A DNA stretch of 36,610 nt. Origin: Octopus bimaculoides (Eukaryota). The notes under the pieces are model-generated. The model saw only the letters and a program-made list of their open reading frames with translations, was not told the DNA's origin and did not search any database. A program made the position numbers and the translations under genes. The first letter of the stretch is position 1, and every line of letters begins with the position of its first letter. The stretch is from positions 3,178,778 to 3,215,387 of the forward strand of contig NC_068984.1 of NCBI RefSeq assembly GCF_001194135.2, read 5' to 3'. Positions 35,324-36,610 of the stretch are shown here, in pieces.

Positions 35324-36610
35324 GCAATCACGAGATGATAACAATGTTGAGGACAACGAAAATAATGTTGATCTAACAATAATAATGATTTAATAATGAA
35401 CATAATAAAAATATATCAAATATTGAAGAAGATGTGTTTTCAGAAATCTCAACTTAGTTCAGTCTGTAATTTTGTGTTCTTCTCTTACTTTAGCTTCAAA
35501 TACTCCATGTTAGCTTTACACTCATTCTTTTCGCAATTAATTAATACAATATGAATTTCAATCATTTTCTTACTGGATTTGTTATTCTGACTTCATGTTT
35601 ATCGTGTCTGTTAGAGAGATACAGACACACCTCTCGAGTTAAATTAAATAGCAGAGGCATTTTGAAATCATTTTAGAAAAGTTTCGGAAGTTTTATTTCG
35701 CTGAATATTTTCATGAGTAAAACTCATAAAAAGCAAGGAAAATTACTTTGTAGAGGTCTCCGATAAAGCCTTGTGAGTTCATATACCTAGAAATTATTTC
35801 GCGATTTAGAACAAAGTAAATTCCTTATATAAATTTTAATACAGCTCTAAATAACAATTCCTATTTGTCTCTATATGTTTGGGCATATATATATATATAT
35901 GAAAAAAATATATAGTGTTCGTTTGTAGATAGAATCAATAAAAATGCACTCGACTCATCTAGGAATAAATATCGTTTCAATAATACTGAGTTAAACGTGA
36001 GCTACTTCAAGTTTCATGTTGCATAATACACAAATAGGACGGGCTTGTAAAGATTTCAGTGCACCATCGTTCTTGGTCATGGCCGGATCGAGCACGGGTA
36101 CGATATACATGCTCGTCTGGTAACTGCACTATCCAATCGTGAAATTTGAAATAACTCACCTTTAGATAACTCATCTTTAGAGAACTCATCTTTCTGAACG
36201 AAATACTCACAACATCCTACATAATTAAATAAAGGATTAAGATACGGAACCAGACGAAAGGAAAATATTTTAAGTCCTCTTATAGTTTTGGAAACGCTGT
36301 TTTTATGTTCCAACAGATAAGATTCGGTAATGTTAAAAGTTTAGTCTAGAAACATGTGGATCATTTCTCACCTGAATTGAAATATTTGATATTCTACAGA
36401 AAAAACTTCAGAGGATGGCATTACAGAAATTGGACAACTTCATCTTTCGACAGCATGAAGAGGATTAAGAGTCAGTTCTAAGGAATGGAAGTAGAAGATT
36501 CCATATGGCTCCACTTCCATTTCTTAGTCTATCTTGTGAATGTGTATATGTGTACGGGATCTCTCACACACACACATACACACACTTTCATATATATATA
36601 TATATATATA

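Noticed and set aside
36150-36200. 15-bp tandem repeat x3 (and (CGTATCA)3 near 33654-33674), superficially array-like
   Set aside because: No unique spacers and no cas genes; ordinary short tandem duplications, not CRISPR.

Overview
AT-rich, microsatellite-dense eukaryotic genomic DNA with many N gaps. The tRNA-derived SINE families and Dong/R4 LINE end resemble, from recall and not from a database search, those of Octopus. One convincing protein-coding region: a 650-aa single-exon ORF (20598-22550, +) encoding a Ser/acidic-rich, probably disordered protein with a C-terminal coiled coil, bracketed by a splice acceptor (20551) and a donor (22605). Also one apparently intact intron-containing tRNA-Ile(UAU) gene (7905-7998, -), many SINE fragments, and decayed LINE pieces (CR1-like, L1/Tx1-like, Dong/R4, Penelope-like). 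The most notable observation is a near-canonical minimal type I hammerhead ribozyme (8487-8532) inside a 330-bp unit bounded by direct repeats, which is retrozyme-like; two non-canonical positions may inactivate it. There are also more decayed hammerhead-like cores, several long near-perfect hairpins/palindromes, and a perfect DR4 nuclear-receptor element. Almost all other ORFs in the track are artefacts of simple repeats or N runs. No prokaryotic features or CRISPR arrays. Repeat boundaries are approximate.
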